NCBI GenBank assembly: GCA_050260015.1
Contig: JBLNBN010000022.1
Span: 23,290 to 87,289, forward strand
DNA length: 64,000 bases
Direction: 5' to 3'
Source of the DNA: Chloroflexota bacterium
GTDB lineage: Bacteria > Bacteroidota > Ignavibacteria > Kapaibacteriales > UBA2268
A model generated the notes under the pieces. It was given only the letters and a program-made list of their open reading frames with translations. It was not told where the DNA came from and did no database searches. Positions within the stretch are counted from its first letter, which is position 1; the number at the start of each line of letters is the position of its first letter. The position numbers were made by a program, and so were the translations under genes. Positions 24,456-34,284 of this stretch are shown here, piece by piece.

Positions 24456-24505
24456 AAATTAACAATCTACGCCCGCCGCATTGGATGCGAGCGGAGCGAC
24501 GGGAA

Positions 24506-27151
24506 TTATTTCCTGATAACTAAAGGAACCGTCTGGCGAGCGCCTCCGCTTACTATAGCTATGCGGTAAGCTCCCGAAGGCAAGCCCTTCAAGTCGAGCG
24601 GGAGCGTCGCTTTGCCTGCGCTCATAGCGCCGTCGTAAACTGTCGCCGCGCGTAATCCGCGCGCGTCATAAATCTCCACCTTAACCGCGCCGCCGGACGG
24701 AAGCTCGAACTGCAACGAGGCCGCCAGGTTGGCGGGATTCGGCGAAATAAACGCGTGGAAATCAGCTTCAGCGTCGCGGGCGGATGTCTTAACGCCGGTG
24801 GAGAACGTGAATACGTCCGACCAAGGGGCCGATCCGCCGTCGTTCCAACCGCGAACGCGCCAGTAGTACGTCTTGTTCGTATCCAGAAGCGTAATGAACT
24901 TAAACGCGCTCCATACGTGGGTCGAATTGAATGCAAAAGTTCCTTCCTGGAAGCTCGAGCTGGTTGCGACCTGCAGTTCGTAACCCTCCGCCTGGGGAAC
25001 TTCCTGCCACGTTAGCAGAACGTTGATCGGCTGATCCTGCGCGCCGTTTTCAGGCGAGAGAAGGGTAGCCTTAACGGTAGGCGGAAGCGGAGCGGTACGG
25101 AACGTAAACGTCGAGCTCCATTCGCTCGTGTGGTATTGGTTGCTTGCCTGAACGCGCCAGTAGTAATCCGCCCCTGGGGTTAGATTGGTTATTCGAAGCG
25201 AGTCCATTTCCGTTTGCGGATTATTTACGATTATAACGCTGTCGATCAATAAGTTCGAAAACGCATTGTCGGCGGCGAGCTGCACATGGTAAGAGGTTGC
25301 CGTCGGCGCCTCGTTCCATTTTAGGTAAACTAAGCCTGCGGGGATTTTACTCGATTCGTTAGCCGGGGAAACCAGCGTAATTTCTCCAAAGTCGCGAAGA
25401 CCGGTCGTAAAGCGTTGGGTCTTCGACCAGGCGCCTTCTTTGCCGGTTCCGGCGGTAGCGCGCACGCGCCAGAAGTAAGTGGTCAATTCGTCAAATTCGG
25501 GGAAGATCACCATATTGGTCTTGACGTCGTTTTCAAATCTAACGACGGTCTTGAACTGGGAATCGAGAGCGACGACGATATCGTAGCCGATAGCTTCAGG
25601 CGTTTTATTCCATTTGAATGTCGGGCGCACGCTTACTTTAGTAGCGGAATCCGCCGGGACGAGCCCGGTAACCGGCTGGAGTTGCGTCGAGATAGCCGTG
25701 GGCAAGCTCCACCCGCTTTCGCAAGCGCCGATTAGTTGCTTAACCCTCCAGTAGTAGGTGTGGTTGTACTCGGGAAGAACAATATTTAAATTGGGAACCG
25801 CGATACCCGTTGCATTTACGAGCAGGGTATCGAAATTCGAATGCCTGGAAACCTGGACGGAATAAAGAGCCGAAGCGTTGATCTCGTTCCAGGTTAACTG
25901 GTAGTTCAGCGGGATCGAGGTCAGGTTATCCGTCGGGGTAACGGGCGCGTTATACGTAGTAACGAAAGTTCTCGGAGCGCTCCAGAAGCCCGCGTTGAGT
26001 GAATCCTCCGCGCGAACGCGCCAGAAGTAAGTCAGGGAGCCTTCCTGGAAATCAGTTAGGTATGTCGTATCCGAAACAATCGCGTTGTAAGTCATGGATC
26101 CGGGAGTAAAGTTCGCATCGCGGGCGACCTGAACGCGGTACTTAAACGCCGGGATCTTATTCCAGCGCAGCAGGCTCTGCGTCGGCAGGCATTGCGCGTT
26201 GTTATCGGGATATACCAGGCGGGTCGAATCGTACGGGGTCTTGAACGTGCGGGCCGCGCCGAAGTCGGACCAACACCCGTTATTGAATAGCGCGCGAACG
26301 CGCCAGAAGTATCTTTGATTGGAAGCGAACGGGAAAGTTTGCACGCGGAACGAATCGGTCAAATCGACTGAAGTGGGATTGGTAAACGCCGGATTCGTCG
26401 CGAATTGAATATTATAAAGCGTAGCCGTTGGGAGAGAATCCCAAACGAAACGGCCGGAGAAATTGGCGTCGGAGAAAATCGTTACGCTCTGCGCGGAATC
26501 GGCCGGCGAAATGAGAGCCGGGGCCGCCTGCTTCGTCGTGAAGCCGTTCGGAACGGACCAATCAGTCTCGCATCCGCCGACGTTTGCGCGCACGCGCCAG
26601 TAGTACGTGGCGCCTCTTTTCGATAAAGGTATCGTGTCGTAGAGCCTGGTTATGCCGGAGCGAATGAAAAGAGGATTTGCGAAATCCTGGGTTTCCGCCA
26701 CCTGGACGGAGTATCCGCCCGCCCCGGGAGTAGCGTTCCAATCAAGCCGAACGGCGAGCCCAAGGCATGTCGCGCCGTTAGCCGGGGAAACGAGAGTCGG
26801 CGTTAGCTCCTTGGTGTGGAACCCGAACGTGCCGGATGTAATGCTAACGTCCGGGTAAACGGTCGTCACTTTCCAATAATAGAATTTATTGGGCTCGAGC
26901 GCAACGGGCAAAAAGTTCGTTAGGACGCCGGTCGTATCGACGACAACCGTAGAAGCGTCGAAATCGCTTGATTTGGCGACTACGACGTCGTAGGAAACGG
27001 CGTTGAGCATGGGTTGCCATTGCAGCGTAAGGTTATACGGGATGCAAACGGAGCCGTTAGTCGGGTAGATCGGCGAAGTGGATTGCGCGTTCGCGCCTAT
27101 TACGCCGATCACGAAAACCAAAGCGGCAAGCATGGTTTTCCATAATTTCAT
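24506..27151 (-). CDS. Secreted protein with eight tandem ~95-aa FN3/Ig-like beta-sandwich repeats and a T9SS C-terminal sorting domain
   Basis: The internal ATG at 27149-27151 gives MKLWKTMLAALVFVIGVIGANAQ. Eight repeats end in (Y/F)(Y/F)W(R/K)V...WS..F.T. The C-terminus is FISPNPANLAASLQFEL..GAYRIAIVSGGARQTVPLVIRK. Confidence 0.85.
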   Translation of the reverse strand: MKLWKTMLAALVFVIGVIGANAQSTSPIYPTNGSVCIPYNLTLQWQPMLNAVSYDVVVAKSSDFDASTVVVDTTGVLTNFLPVALEPNKFYYWKVTTVYPDVSITSGTFGFHTKELTPTLVSPANGATCLGLAVRLDWNATPGAGGYSVQVAETQDFANPLFIRSGITRLYDTIPLSKRGATYYWRVRANVGGCETDWSVPNGFTTKQAAPALISPADSAQSVTIFSDANFSGRFVWDSLPTATLYNIQFATNPAFTNPTSVDLTDSFRVQTFPFASNQRYFWRVRALFNNGCWSDFGAARTFKTPYDSTRLVYPDNNAQCLPTQSLLRWNKIPAFKYRVQVARDANFTPGSMTYNAIVSDTTYLTDFQEGSLTYFWRVRAEDSLNAGFWSAPRTFVTTYNAPVTPTDNLTSIPLNYQLTWNEINASALYSVQVSRHSNFDTLLVNATGIAVPNLNIVLPEYNHTYYWRVKQLIGACESGWSLPTAISTQLQPVTGLVPADSATKVSVRPTFKWNKTPEAIGYDIVVALDSQFKTVVRFENDVKTNMVIFPEFDELTTYFWRVRATAGTGKEGAWSKTQRFTTGLRDFGEITLVSPANESSKIPAGLVYLKWNEAPTATSYHVQLAADNAFSNLLIDSVIIVNNPQTEMDSLRITNLTPGADYYWRVQASNQYHTSEWSSTFTFRTAPLPPTVKATLLSPENGAQDQPINVLLTWQEVPQAEGYELQVATSSSFQEGTFAFNSTHVWSAFKFITLLDTNKTYYWRVRGWNDGGSAPWSDVFTFSTGVKTSARDAEADFHAFISPNPANLAASLQFELPSGGAVKVEIYDARGLRAATVYDGAMSAGKATLPLDLKGLPSGAYRIAIVSGGARQTVPLVIRK

Positions 27152-27310
27152 GGTAATCATATAAATGAACCGTTTATAGTACAAAATATCAATTTCAGCG
27201 ATTAGGAATAATTAATTAATAACGCGGCAAAGTTAAGTAATTTTTTGGAATAATCGTGTAGCTTTTTGAAGAGAAAAACTTAACGGAAAGCGATTATGGA
27301 CTGAGAATTA

Positions 27311-27351
27311 CTTAATATTAAAAGGCAGCTTACGTTTACGCGTAAGCTGCC
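27311..27351 (-). terminator. Rho-independent terminator after rplY
   Basis: Perfect 11-bp stem ggcagcttacg / cgtaagctgcc, followed on the minus strand by UUUUAAUAUU. Confidence 0.75.
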
Positions 27352-27373
27352 TTAAATAAATTTAAATCAATTA

Positions 27374-27964
27374 TTAGCCTTCTTTGGATGCTTCGCCTGC
27401 CGCGTCGGCAGCTGTGTTGCGTCCGCCTGCGACGGAGACAAGAAGCGAATCGCCGGGTATTTCAAATTCCACGCCTTCGTAAGCGAGGTCGCGAACGTGG
27501 ACGGAGTCGCCTAACTTAAGGCCGGTGATATCGATTTCGATAGCTTGCGGGATATTGGTCGGCAAGCATGAGATAGCGATTTTGTGCATCGTCTGCTGGA
27601 GAACGCCGCCGGTGCGAACCGCTTCGGAAACGCCGCGGGTAACGACGGGAACTTCGATATTGATCTTCTGGCCTTCGTGCAAGCCGATGAGGTCGAAATG
27701 CAAAAGCGCGTCGGTTACCGGGTCGAACTGTACGTCCTTCAATACGCAATTGAGCGATTTGCTTTCGCCTTCGATTTCCATACGAACGAGCTTAGTGTGG
27801 CCGGTATAAACGATAGAGCGCAGCGAGAGCGGATCGCTGAGGATAGGAATGGGGGTCTCGCCTTTAACGTAGTAAATGCCGGGCACTTTGCCTGCGGTGC
27901 GGGCGTCTTTTGCGCCTCTTCTACCGGGCTCGCGCCTCGTTACTTTGAGCGCTACTTCTTTCAT
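27374..27964 (-). CDS. rplY: 50S ribosomal protein L25 / general stress protein Ctc
   Basis: Long-form L25 pattern: ...RRGAKDARTAGKVPGIYYVKGE...LKDVQFDPVTDALLHFDL.. with an acidic/Ala-rich tail. Confidence 0.85.
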   Translation of the reverse strand: MKEVALKVTRREPGRRGAKDARTAGKVPGIYYVKGETPIPILSDPLSLRSIVYTGHTKLVRMEIEGESKSLNCVLKDVQFDPVTDALLHFDLIGLHEGQKINIEVPVVTRGVSEAVRTGGVLQQTMHKIAISCLPTNIPQAIEIDITGLKLGDSVHVRDLAYEGVEFEIPGDSLLVSVAGGRNTAADAAGEASKEG

Positions 27965-28012
27965 AGAAATTTATTCCTTATATCTTATATATTTATATTT
28001 CTAATTCAATTA

Positions 28013-28951
28013 CTATCTTTCTAACTCGAAGAGCGAGCTTATCGAGCGGTTATCATGCGTTCTGATGATAGCCTCGGCAAGCATTTCGGCGACGGAGATC
28101 ACTTCGATTTTCTCCGAATAACGCGCCTGCGGTATCGTGTCGGTCACGAAAACAGTCTTTATAGCCTCGCTTGCGTCGATCCTATCGAGCGCGGAGCCGG
28201 AGAACACCGGGTGCACGCAGATACCGGTAATGTCGAGCGCGCCTTTTTGCTTTAAGGCTTCGGCGCATTGCACGAACGTCGAGCCGGTGTCGATCATGTC
28301 GTCGACTACAAGTATGTGCTTGCCCTCGACCTCGCCGATAATATTCATTATCTCGGCGACGTTATGCTGCGGGCGGCGTTTATCGACCAAAACGAGATCC
28401 GCCGAAAGGCGCTTAGCGTACGCGCGGGCGGTCTTAACTCCGCCGACGTCGGGCGAAGCCACCGCGAGCGGATTCGATAGACGCTGCTTTAATTTCTTAA
28501 TCAGCACTGGCGAAGCGTAAAGGTGGTCCAGCGGAATATCGAAGAACCCCTGGATCTGCGACGAGTGCAAATCGATAGTAATGATTCTGTCCGCGCCGGC
28601 GCGCACAAGTAAATTTGCAATGAGCTTTGCCGTCACGCTGACCCGCGGCTGGTCCTTGCGGTCCTGGCGAGCGTAGCCGAAGTACGGGATTACCGCGGTG
28701 ACTCGCTTCGCCGAAGCGCGCTTTGCGGCGTCGATGAGCATTAACAGCTCCATTATATTGTCCGACGGCGCGAATGTCGATTGGATGATGAACAGGTCTA
28801 CTCCGCGTACGTTGTCTTCGTATTTGACCCAAATTTCGCCGTCGCTAAAGTTGCGAATTTTGGTTTCGGATAGATTTATACCTAAATTTGCCGCTACTTT
28901 ATCCGCTAATGCTAAGTTACTTCTGCCGGCGGCTATCTTAAATTCGTTCAT
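28013..28951 (-). CDS. prs: Ribose-phosphate pyrophosphokinase
   Basis: Motifs FSDGEIWVKYEDNVRG, IPYFGYARQDRK and VVDDMIDTGST. Confidence 0.92.
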   Translation of the reverse strand: MNEFKIAAGRSNLALADKVAANLGINLSETKIRNFSDGEIWVKYEDNVRGVDLFIIQSTFAPSDNIMELLMLIDAAKRASAKRVTAVIPYFGYARQDRKDQPRVSVTAKLIANLLVRAGADRIITIDLHSSQIQGFFDIPLDHLYASPVLIKKLKQRLSNPLAVASPDVGGVKTARAYAKRLSADLVLVDKRRPQHNVAEIMNIIGEVEGKHILVVDDMIDTGSTFVQCAEALKQKGALDITGICVHPVFSGSALDRIDASEAIKTVFVTDTIPQARYSEKIEVISVAEMLAEAIIRTHDNRSISSLFELER

Positions 28952-28973
28952 CTTATTCCATAAATAAAAATCG

Positions 28974-29045
28974 CTGGGGCGGCAGGATTCGAACCTGCGA
29001 ATGCCGGACCCAAAACCCGGTGCCTTACCACTTGGCGACGCCCCA
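28974..29045 (-). tRNA. tRNA-Gln (anticodon UUG)
   Basis: The reverse complement tggggcgtcgccaagtggtaaggcaccgggttttgggtccggcattcgcaggttcgaatcctgccgccccag folds as a cloverleaf. Anticodon stem is ccggg/tccgg with loop ttTTGgg. It closely resembles canonical bacterial tRNA-Gln. Confidence 0.9.
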
Positions 29046-29187
29046 TTGTGTTCAAAATTAAGAATACAAAATTACGGAGTTTTTACGTTTTACGCAAGAA
29101 TTTTTTTTAATATTTTCCAAACGTAACTTTTTCGCCGGAGATTCGTCTTTTGCAAATTGTAAATTTCATTATTTATTTGGACAAATT

Positions 29188-30606
29188 GTGGGCTCGACAA
29201 ATTTTTTAGAACACGATAAGATTTCATCTCTTATATTAAAGTTCTCGCTTCCGGCGATAACGGGCATGCTCGTTAACGCTTCCTATAATGTCGTCGGGCG
29301 CGTATTCGTTGGCAGGGCCGTCGGCTCGCTCGGTATCTCCGGCATATCCTTAACTTTCCCCATCGTTATTATAGTATTAGCATTCGCGATGCTCGTCGGC
29401 ATAGGAGCCGTCGCCCTCGTCTCCATAAAATTAGGGGAAAAGGATCAGCCCGGGGCGGAACTCATCGCGGGCAACGCTTTAACGTTAAGCGTAGCCGCCT
29501 CCTTCTTCCTTATCGCGATTTTCTATTTCTTTATGGATCCGCTGTTAGGGCTGTTCGGCGGCTCCGGCTCGATGCTTGTTTACGCTAAGACGTACCTTCA
29601 CGTTATGCTGTGGGGCATCCCCTTCCAGCTCGTCGCCTTTGCGATGAATAATATTATTCGTGGCCAGGGCGATCCGAAAACGGCAATGTACACAATGATA
29701 CTCGGCGCGCTGCTAAATATAGTTTTCGATTCGATTTTCGTAATGATCCTTCATTGGGGTATGGTCGGAGCAGGCCTTGGAGCGGTGCTATCGCAATTCT
29801 GCAGCGCCGTATGGGTCGTCTGGTATTATTACTCCGGCAAGAGCCTGATAAAGCTGAGGCCGAGGAATATGGCCCTGCAGGCGCATGTCGTCAAGCAGAT
29901 ATTCACCGTCGGCATGGCGTCTTTCGTTATGCAATTAACGGCCAGCGTGGTTTCCTTCTTATTTAATAAAACGTTAATGCGCTACGGCGGCGAGGTCGCA
30001 GTGGCGGCAATGGGGGTCATCTACAGCGTAGGCATGATGCTCCTCATGCCGATATTCGGATTAAACCAGGGCGTGCAGCCGATCATAGGCTATAATTACG
30101 GAGCCAAGAGGTACGACAGGGTACGGGAAGCCTTAAAGTTAGGTATGCTTTCCGCCACGGCGATATGCGTCTTCGGGTTCGTCGTCGTGATGCTGTTCTC
30201 GAACCAGATAATCGGGATATTTACGACCAGCGACAACCAATTGATCAGCGTGGGCGGGAAGGGTTTAAGGTACTTTATTACGATGCTTCCGATCGTAGGC
30301 TATCAGATAATCGGCTCGGCGTACTTCCAGGCCCGTAAGCGCCCCGCGGCTTCGCTTCTGCTTACTTCCACGCGGCAGGTGGGATTGCTGATCCCCTGTT
30401 TATTTATCCTTCCGCCAATATTCGGGCTTGACGGCATTTGGGCTGCGATGCCGGTGTCGGACGGATTAAGCGCGGTCGTCGCGGCATTCTTACTTATTTC
30501 GGAGTGGAAGCGCCTCAAGCATATGCAGAGCGAGCGCGATTCCCTATCGGTAAATAATAATTTAACCCAGGAAAAAAATATTATCGTGGCAGGCGAAACT
30601 TTATAA
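29188..30606 (+). CDS. MATE family multidrug/toxin efflux transporter
   Basis: 12-TM profile with LKFSLPAITGMLVNASYNVVGRVFVGR and a second-half repeat. GTG start. Confidence 0.85.
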   Translation: MGSTNFLEHDKISSLILKFSLPAITGMLVNASYNVVGRVFVGRAVGSLGISGISLTFPIVIIVLAFAMLVGIGAVALVSIKLGEKDQPGAELIAGNALTLSVAASFFLIAIFYFFMDPLLGLFGGSGSMLVYAKTYLHVMLWGIPFQLVAFAMNNIIRGQGDPKTAMYTMILGALLNIVFDSIFVMILHWGMVGAGLGAVLSQFCSAVWVVWYYYSGKSLIKLRPRNMALQAHVVKQIFTVGMASFVMQLTASVVSFLFNKTLMRYGGEVAVAAMGVIYSVGMMLLMPIFGLNQGVQPIIGYNYGAKRYDRVREALKLGMLSATAICVFGFVVVMLFSNQIIGIFTTSDNQLISVGGKGLRYFITMLPIVGYQIIGSAYFQARKRPAASLLLTSTRQVGLLIPCLFILPPIFGLDGIWAAMPVSDGLSAVVAAFLLISEWKRLKHMQSERDSLSVNNNLTQEKNIIVAGETL

Positions 30607-30656
30607 AAAAGATTTCGTAATACAAGAGAACTCCATTAGTAAGAACACACCCTCTG

Positions 30657-30694
30657 ACGCCCGCGTTGCATCCCTCGCGGGCGTTTTTTATTTT
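30657..30694 (+). terminator. Rho-independent terminator after the MATE gene
   Basis: Perfect 9-bp stem acgcccgcg / cgcgggcgt, 10-nt loop, T6 run. Confidence 0.8.
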
Positions 30695-30700
30695 ACGCCG

Positions 30701-32482
30701 TTATTTATAATCGTAATCCTGGGCCAGAAGCATGCGAACGAGCTTTACAGCCTCTTCCGTTTCGCCGTCGATGTAGGTCTCTACCTTGTTCTTGATCTCG
30801 AGCTTCATCATCGTGTCCTCGGTCAATTCCGCGGTGTCGGATTCGCCATAGGCGGAGCCGCGGGTCGCTAAGGAACCGGTAGAGCCTTCAAGGCTCAATC
30901 CTTCGCCGGAATCGTCGCTATTGTAGTACTCGCGCTCGCCTTCCAGCAGGAGTTGTTCGGGGAGGTCCGCGGGCAATAGGGCGAGCCCGTCCTTCATTTC
31001 AAAGTCGTCGAACGCGTCGAAGTTCTCTTCCTTCTCTTCCTCGAGCAGAATATCCTCGGCGACCTTGTCGTCGTCTATCGAGACCTTGGCGGGCAGGGAC
31101 AGGGCGATGCGGACGCGTTCCTTTATGTGCCTGGAGCTGAACAGCCTCCACATGATAAGCATGGCCATCAGCATCGCTACGGCCAGCGCTATTAGCTTTT
31201 GATTGCCGGGCTTAGTCCACCAATCCACCGGCTTGGAATCCTCGAGCTCCTGCTCCTGCCAGCTCGCGTCGAAGGGCACGTTTAGAACGGATATCTGGTC
31301 GTTGCGGTTCGGATCGTAACCGACGGCGTTCTTCACGGCAAGATCGAGCTGGTCCATCTCTTCCTTAGGACGGGGAATATACCTGAGCGATTTAACGCCC
31401 TGCCCGTTCTCGACCACCTTGTTGGTCCCGTTAACGAGCACGGAAACTGAAAGTCTCTTAACGTTGCCCACGCCCTGGATGATATGCTCTACCGTTTTGG
31501 ATATTTCATAATTCGAAATTACGTTGGATTGATCTTTGCTCTGGTTTACAGCCGGGTAGCTCAAGGAATCGGAGGAAACGCTTCGCTCCTGCAGGTTTTG
31601 CTCGCTGCGAATCACCTGCCTTTCCGGGTCGAAATCGGTGCGGGTCTGTTCGATCTTAGTAAAATCGAGATCGGCGTTGACGCGAACGGCCGCGTTGTCG
31701 GGCCCGACGACGCCGTTTAGAAGGGTTTGAACTTTATCGGCAATGTAACGCTCGACTTTCTGCTGCTGCTCGTGTTGGCTGGCCGTAAGCCCTGCGACGG
31801 AATTTTCGTCGAGCGCGGCTTCGCTCAGGGCTTTTCCCCGAGAGTCTATTATCATTACGTTATCGGGGGACATGCCCTCGATCGAGCTTGCGACTAAATT
31901 TTGTATGCCGCGCACGGAGGAGCGCTGAAGCGTCCTACCGGATTTCAGGTGAAGCGCCACGGAGGCCGTGGGCGGCTTTTCGTCTTCCTTGAATAAAGTT
32001 TTCTCCGGGGTGACTATATGTACGCGGACCTTTTTAATTTCCTCGATGGAGCCTATCGTCTTTTGAAGCTCGCCTTCGAGCGCGCGCTGGTGATTCAGCT
32101 TTTGAACGTACTCGCTCATGCCTAAATTGGCCTGGTCGAAGAGCTCGTAGCCGACCGTGCCGGAGCCGGGCAGCCCTTCGCCGGCCAGGGCTATGCGCGC
32201 TTCGTAGAGCTTTTCCCTGTCGACCATAATTCGCGAGCCGTTGTCCTCGAGTTGGTAGGCAATTTTATTTTCTTTTAGGTAATCTACGATTTTGGCGGCG
32301 TCCGCGCCTTCGACTTCGGAGTAAAGCGTACCGTATTCCGTCTTGTCGCCGGAGAGCGCGACGAGCAGGAGAATTACTCCAACGCCGAGCGCTACCGTGA
32401 CGATTAAGGCCGAGACCTTTTGCGCCGTAGATAATTTTCCGAAGAATCCCTTCGCCTGTTCGATTATTTTTCCGTTTGCCAT
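30701..32482 (-). CDS. fliF: Flagellar M-ring protein
   Basis: 593 aa. N-terminal TM helix, YSEVEGADAAKIVDYLKENKIAY, GLPGSGTVGYELFD, second TM helix near residue 440, acidic C-terminus. Confidence 0.9.
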   Translation of the reverse strand: MANGKIIEQAKGFFGKLSTAQKVSALIVTVALGVGVILLLVALSGDKTEYGTLYSEVEGADAAKIVDYLKENKIAYQLEDNGSRIMVDREKLYEARIALAGEGLPGSGTVGYELFDQANLGMSEYVQKLNHQRALEGELQKTIGSIEEIKKVRVHIVTPEKTLFKEDEKPPTASVALHLKSGRTLQRSSVRGIQNLVASSIEGMSPDNVMIIDSRGKALSEAALDENSVAGLTASQHEQQQKVERYIADKVQTLLNGVVGPDNAAVRVNADLDFTKIEQTRTDFDPERQVIRSEQNLQERSVSSDSLSYPAVNQSKDQSNVISNYEISKTVEHIIQGVGNVKRLSVSVLVNGTNKVVENGQGVKSLRYIPRPKEEMDQLDLAVKNAVGYDPNRNDQISVLNVPFDASWQEQELEDSKPVDWWTKPGNQKLIALAVAMLMAMLIMWRLFSSRHIKERVRIALSLPAKVSIDDDKVAEDILLEEEKEENFDAFDDFEMKDGLALLPADLPEQLLLEGEREYYNSDDSGEGLSLEGSTGSLATRGSAYGESDTAELTEDTMMKLEIKNKVETYIDGETEEAVKLVRMLLAQDYDYK

Positions 32483-32517
32483 TGGCGCTAGCCGAGAATT
32501 TTACAAAAATGAGGAAA

Positions 32518-32817
32518 TCAGATGGGTAGCCGCAATACTTCGCGGTAGAGCTCGAGACCTTTGTTTCTCAATTCCATTAGCAATTGGAAGCTGGTCTTGG
32601 CTTTTTCCGCCGAGATCATAACGTCGTGGATGTCGACCGGTTCGCCTTTAATAAGGCTTTCAGTTAAGCCGGCGGACTCTACCTGCATAGAGTTGACGTC
32701 GGAGATCAGCTCGCCGAGCGCGTCCGCAAAGCTTGCCCCCTGGGGCGAGTTTTGCTCGACACGCGGATCGAGCAGCGGCTTATATTTATTCGATTGATCT
32801 AATTCAGATATTTTCAT
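32518..32817 (-). CDS. fliE: Flagellar hook-basal body complex protein FliE
   Basis: SFADALGELISDVNSMQ...DIHDVMISAEKAKTSFQLLMELRNK. The ATG at 32815-32817 is preceded by AAGGAG with a 6-nt spacer, and the longer TTG start (32841) contains that RBS. Confidence 0.88.
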   Translation of the reverse strand: MKISELDQSNKYKPLLDPRVEQNSPQGASFADALGELISDVNSMQVESAGLTESLIKGEPVDIHDVMISAEKAKTSFQLLMELRNKGLELYREVLRLPI

Positions 32818-32871
32818 TTCGAACTCCTTTCGAAAAGGCAAATCCTTTGCAAAGAAAAAGAACGATCCGCA

Positions 32872-33174
32872 TTACGCAAGACCGTCGAGCAACACTCCCT
32901 TGGCGGCGTAAGCCGGTTGAAGCCTGCCGTTACGGTTAAATATCACGTGATTTTGAATTCTCTCGCCGCTCTCCGGGAACAGCTTAACGAAGAAGTCCCG
33001 TTCGGGCTTCGAGATAATCTGTTGCGGGTTCTCAAGCCAGGAACGATCGGGAGCGGCAGCGCTTTCGGACTGCAGCGCGCCGGCGGTCGTTTTCCTTGTT
33101 GTCGCAGTTGAAGCGGCCTGCGAAGCCGAGTTTACGTATGGTTGCCTGTAGGCGTTTAGGGCTTGTACTTTCAT
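32872..33174 (-). CDS. Hypothetical 100-aa protein inserted between flgC and fliE
   Basis: ORF MKVQALNAYRQPYVNSASQAAST...ISKPERDFFVKLFPESGERIQNHVIFNRNG. No family recognised. Its coding status rests only on position, orientation and length. Confidence 0.45.
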   Translation of the reverse strand: MKVQALNAYRQPYVNSASQAASTATTRKTTAGALQSESAAAPDRSWLENPQQIISKPERDFFVKLFPESGERIQNHVIFNRNGRLQPAYAAKGVLLDGLA

Positions 33175-33207
33175 TCTTAGTCCAGTATTTTATTCCGTTT
33201 TCCAAAT

Positions 33208-33223
33208 TGCAATTATCAGACCA
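33208..33223 (-). promoter_or_regulatory. Candidate sigma-54 promoter (-24/-12) upstream of the 32872-33174 ORF
   Basis: The minus strand reads TGGTCTGATAATTGCA, with GG and GC at the canonical 12-nt register (consensus TGGCACG-N4-TTGCW). The -12 GC lies ~35 nt upstream of the ATG. Confidence 0.4.
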
Positions 33224-33265
33224 AATTGCGCTATTCGTCAAAAACTTTTCAACAATTCCGTAAAG

Positions 33266-33751
33266 CTATATCTCAAGCGCGTTTCGAGCCATTCCCTTGG
33301 CGGCCTCGACCACCTGCGTATTGGCTTCGAAGGCGCGCTGCGCCGTAATCATTTCCACCATTTCAGTCACTACGTTAACGTTGGGCATCTTTACGTAGCC
33401 GTTTTCGTCCGCCTCGGGATGCCCGGGCTCGTAAACGAGCCGAGGGGGAGTGTTGTCGAAAGCAGTCCTGGCCTTTAGAACGGAAACTTCCGGGGGATAG
33501 TCGCCGTTGCGCGCGGCCTGCCCGTGCTCGGCGGAAGTCCTTTCCATCGGCAATTGCGCCTGCATAGCGCGTTCGAACGGGGTGTCGGGCGCGGCCCTAA
33601 CTACGACGACTTCGCGCTTGTAGGGCTCCCCGTCGGGGCCTTTCGTCACGTTTGCGTTAGCGATGTTTCGCGCCGTCGCCGAAAGCCGCATGCGCTGCAC
33701 GCTTAAGCCTTGTCCGCTGATCGCGAACGATGAAAATATGTTTTCAGCCAT
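33266..33751 (-). CDS. flgC: Flagellar basal-body rod protein FlgC
   Basis: SGQGLSVQRMRLSATARNIANANVT and C-terminal VNVVTEMVEMITAQRAFEAN. Confidence 0.92.
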   Translation of the reverse strand: MAENIFSSFAISGQGLSVQRMRLSATARNIANANVTKGPDGEPYKREVVVVRAAPDTPFERAMQAQLPMERTSAEHGQAARNGDYPPEVSVLKARTAFDNTPPRLVYEPGHPEADENGYVKMPNVNVVTEMVEMITAQRAFEANTQVVEAAKGMARNALEI

Positions 33752-33823
33752 TTTAACCGCTAATTTTTAACTTATAAAACTATTAGTTATTGCGCCGCTA
33801 ATGCCGGCCAGGCCGGCTCGCCG

Positions 33824-34249
33824 CTAGTAATTGCCCGACCCGGTAATCGAGGAGCTCAGCCCCTTGAAATACTTCCCCATCATCTGGGAAGCGAAACGAT
33901 ACTTGATTTGATTCTGCGCGAGCGCGGACATTTCCTTATCTATATTCACGTGCGTCTCGCCGGAGAAATAGATTTCAGGCTCCGGCACGGCGGCGTCAGT
34001 TTTTTCGGCGGATACAGCTTCATCGTTTATCCTGCCGATCGGGATGCTCTCGCCTTCGCTCTGGGCGCCGCTTAAAACGACCTCTCCCTCGTCGAAGAGC
34101 TCCTCGAACTTCACGGCCTCGGGCCGGAAGTGCGGGCTGTCCGCGTTTGCGATATTGCGCGACGCGACCTGCTGCCGGAGCGAATATGCGCCAAGCGCCT
34201 TGCTCATTAGGGGAACTCTCTCCCCGAATAAATGATCCTTGAATATCAT
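33824..34249 (-). CDS. flgB: Flagellar basal-body rod protein FlgB
   Basis: YSLRQQVASRNIANADSPHFRP and C-terminal IDKEMSALAQNQIKYRF. AGGAAG RBS lies upstream. Confidence 0.9.
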   Translation of the reverse strand: MIFKDHLFGERVPLMSKALGAYSLRQQVASRNIANADSPHFRPEAVKFEELFDEGEVVLSGAQSEGESIPIGRINDEAVSAEKTDAAVPEPEIYFSGETHVNIDKEMSALAQNQIKYRFASQMMGKYFKGLSSSITGSGNY

Positions 34250-34284
34250 GCGTTCGCTTCCTAGAATTATTCAATCGCCAAAAC

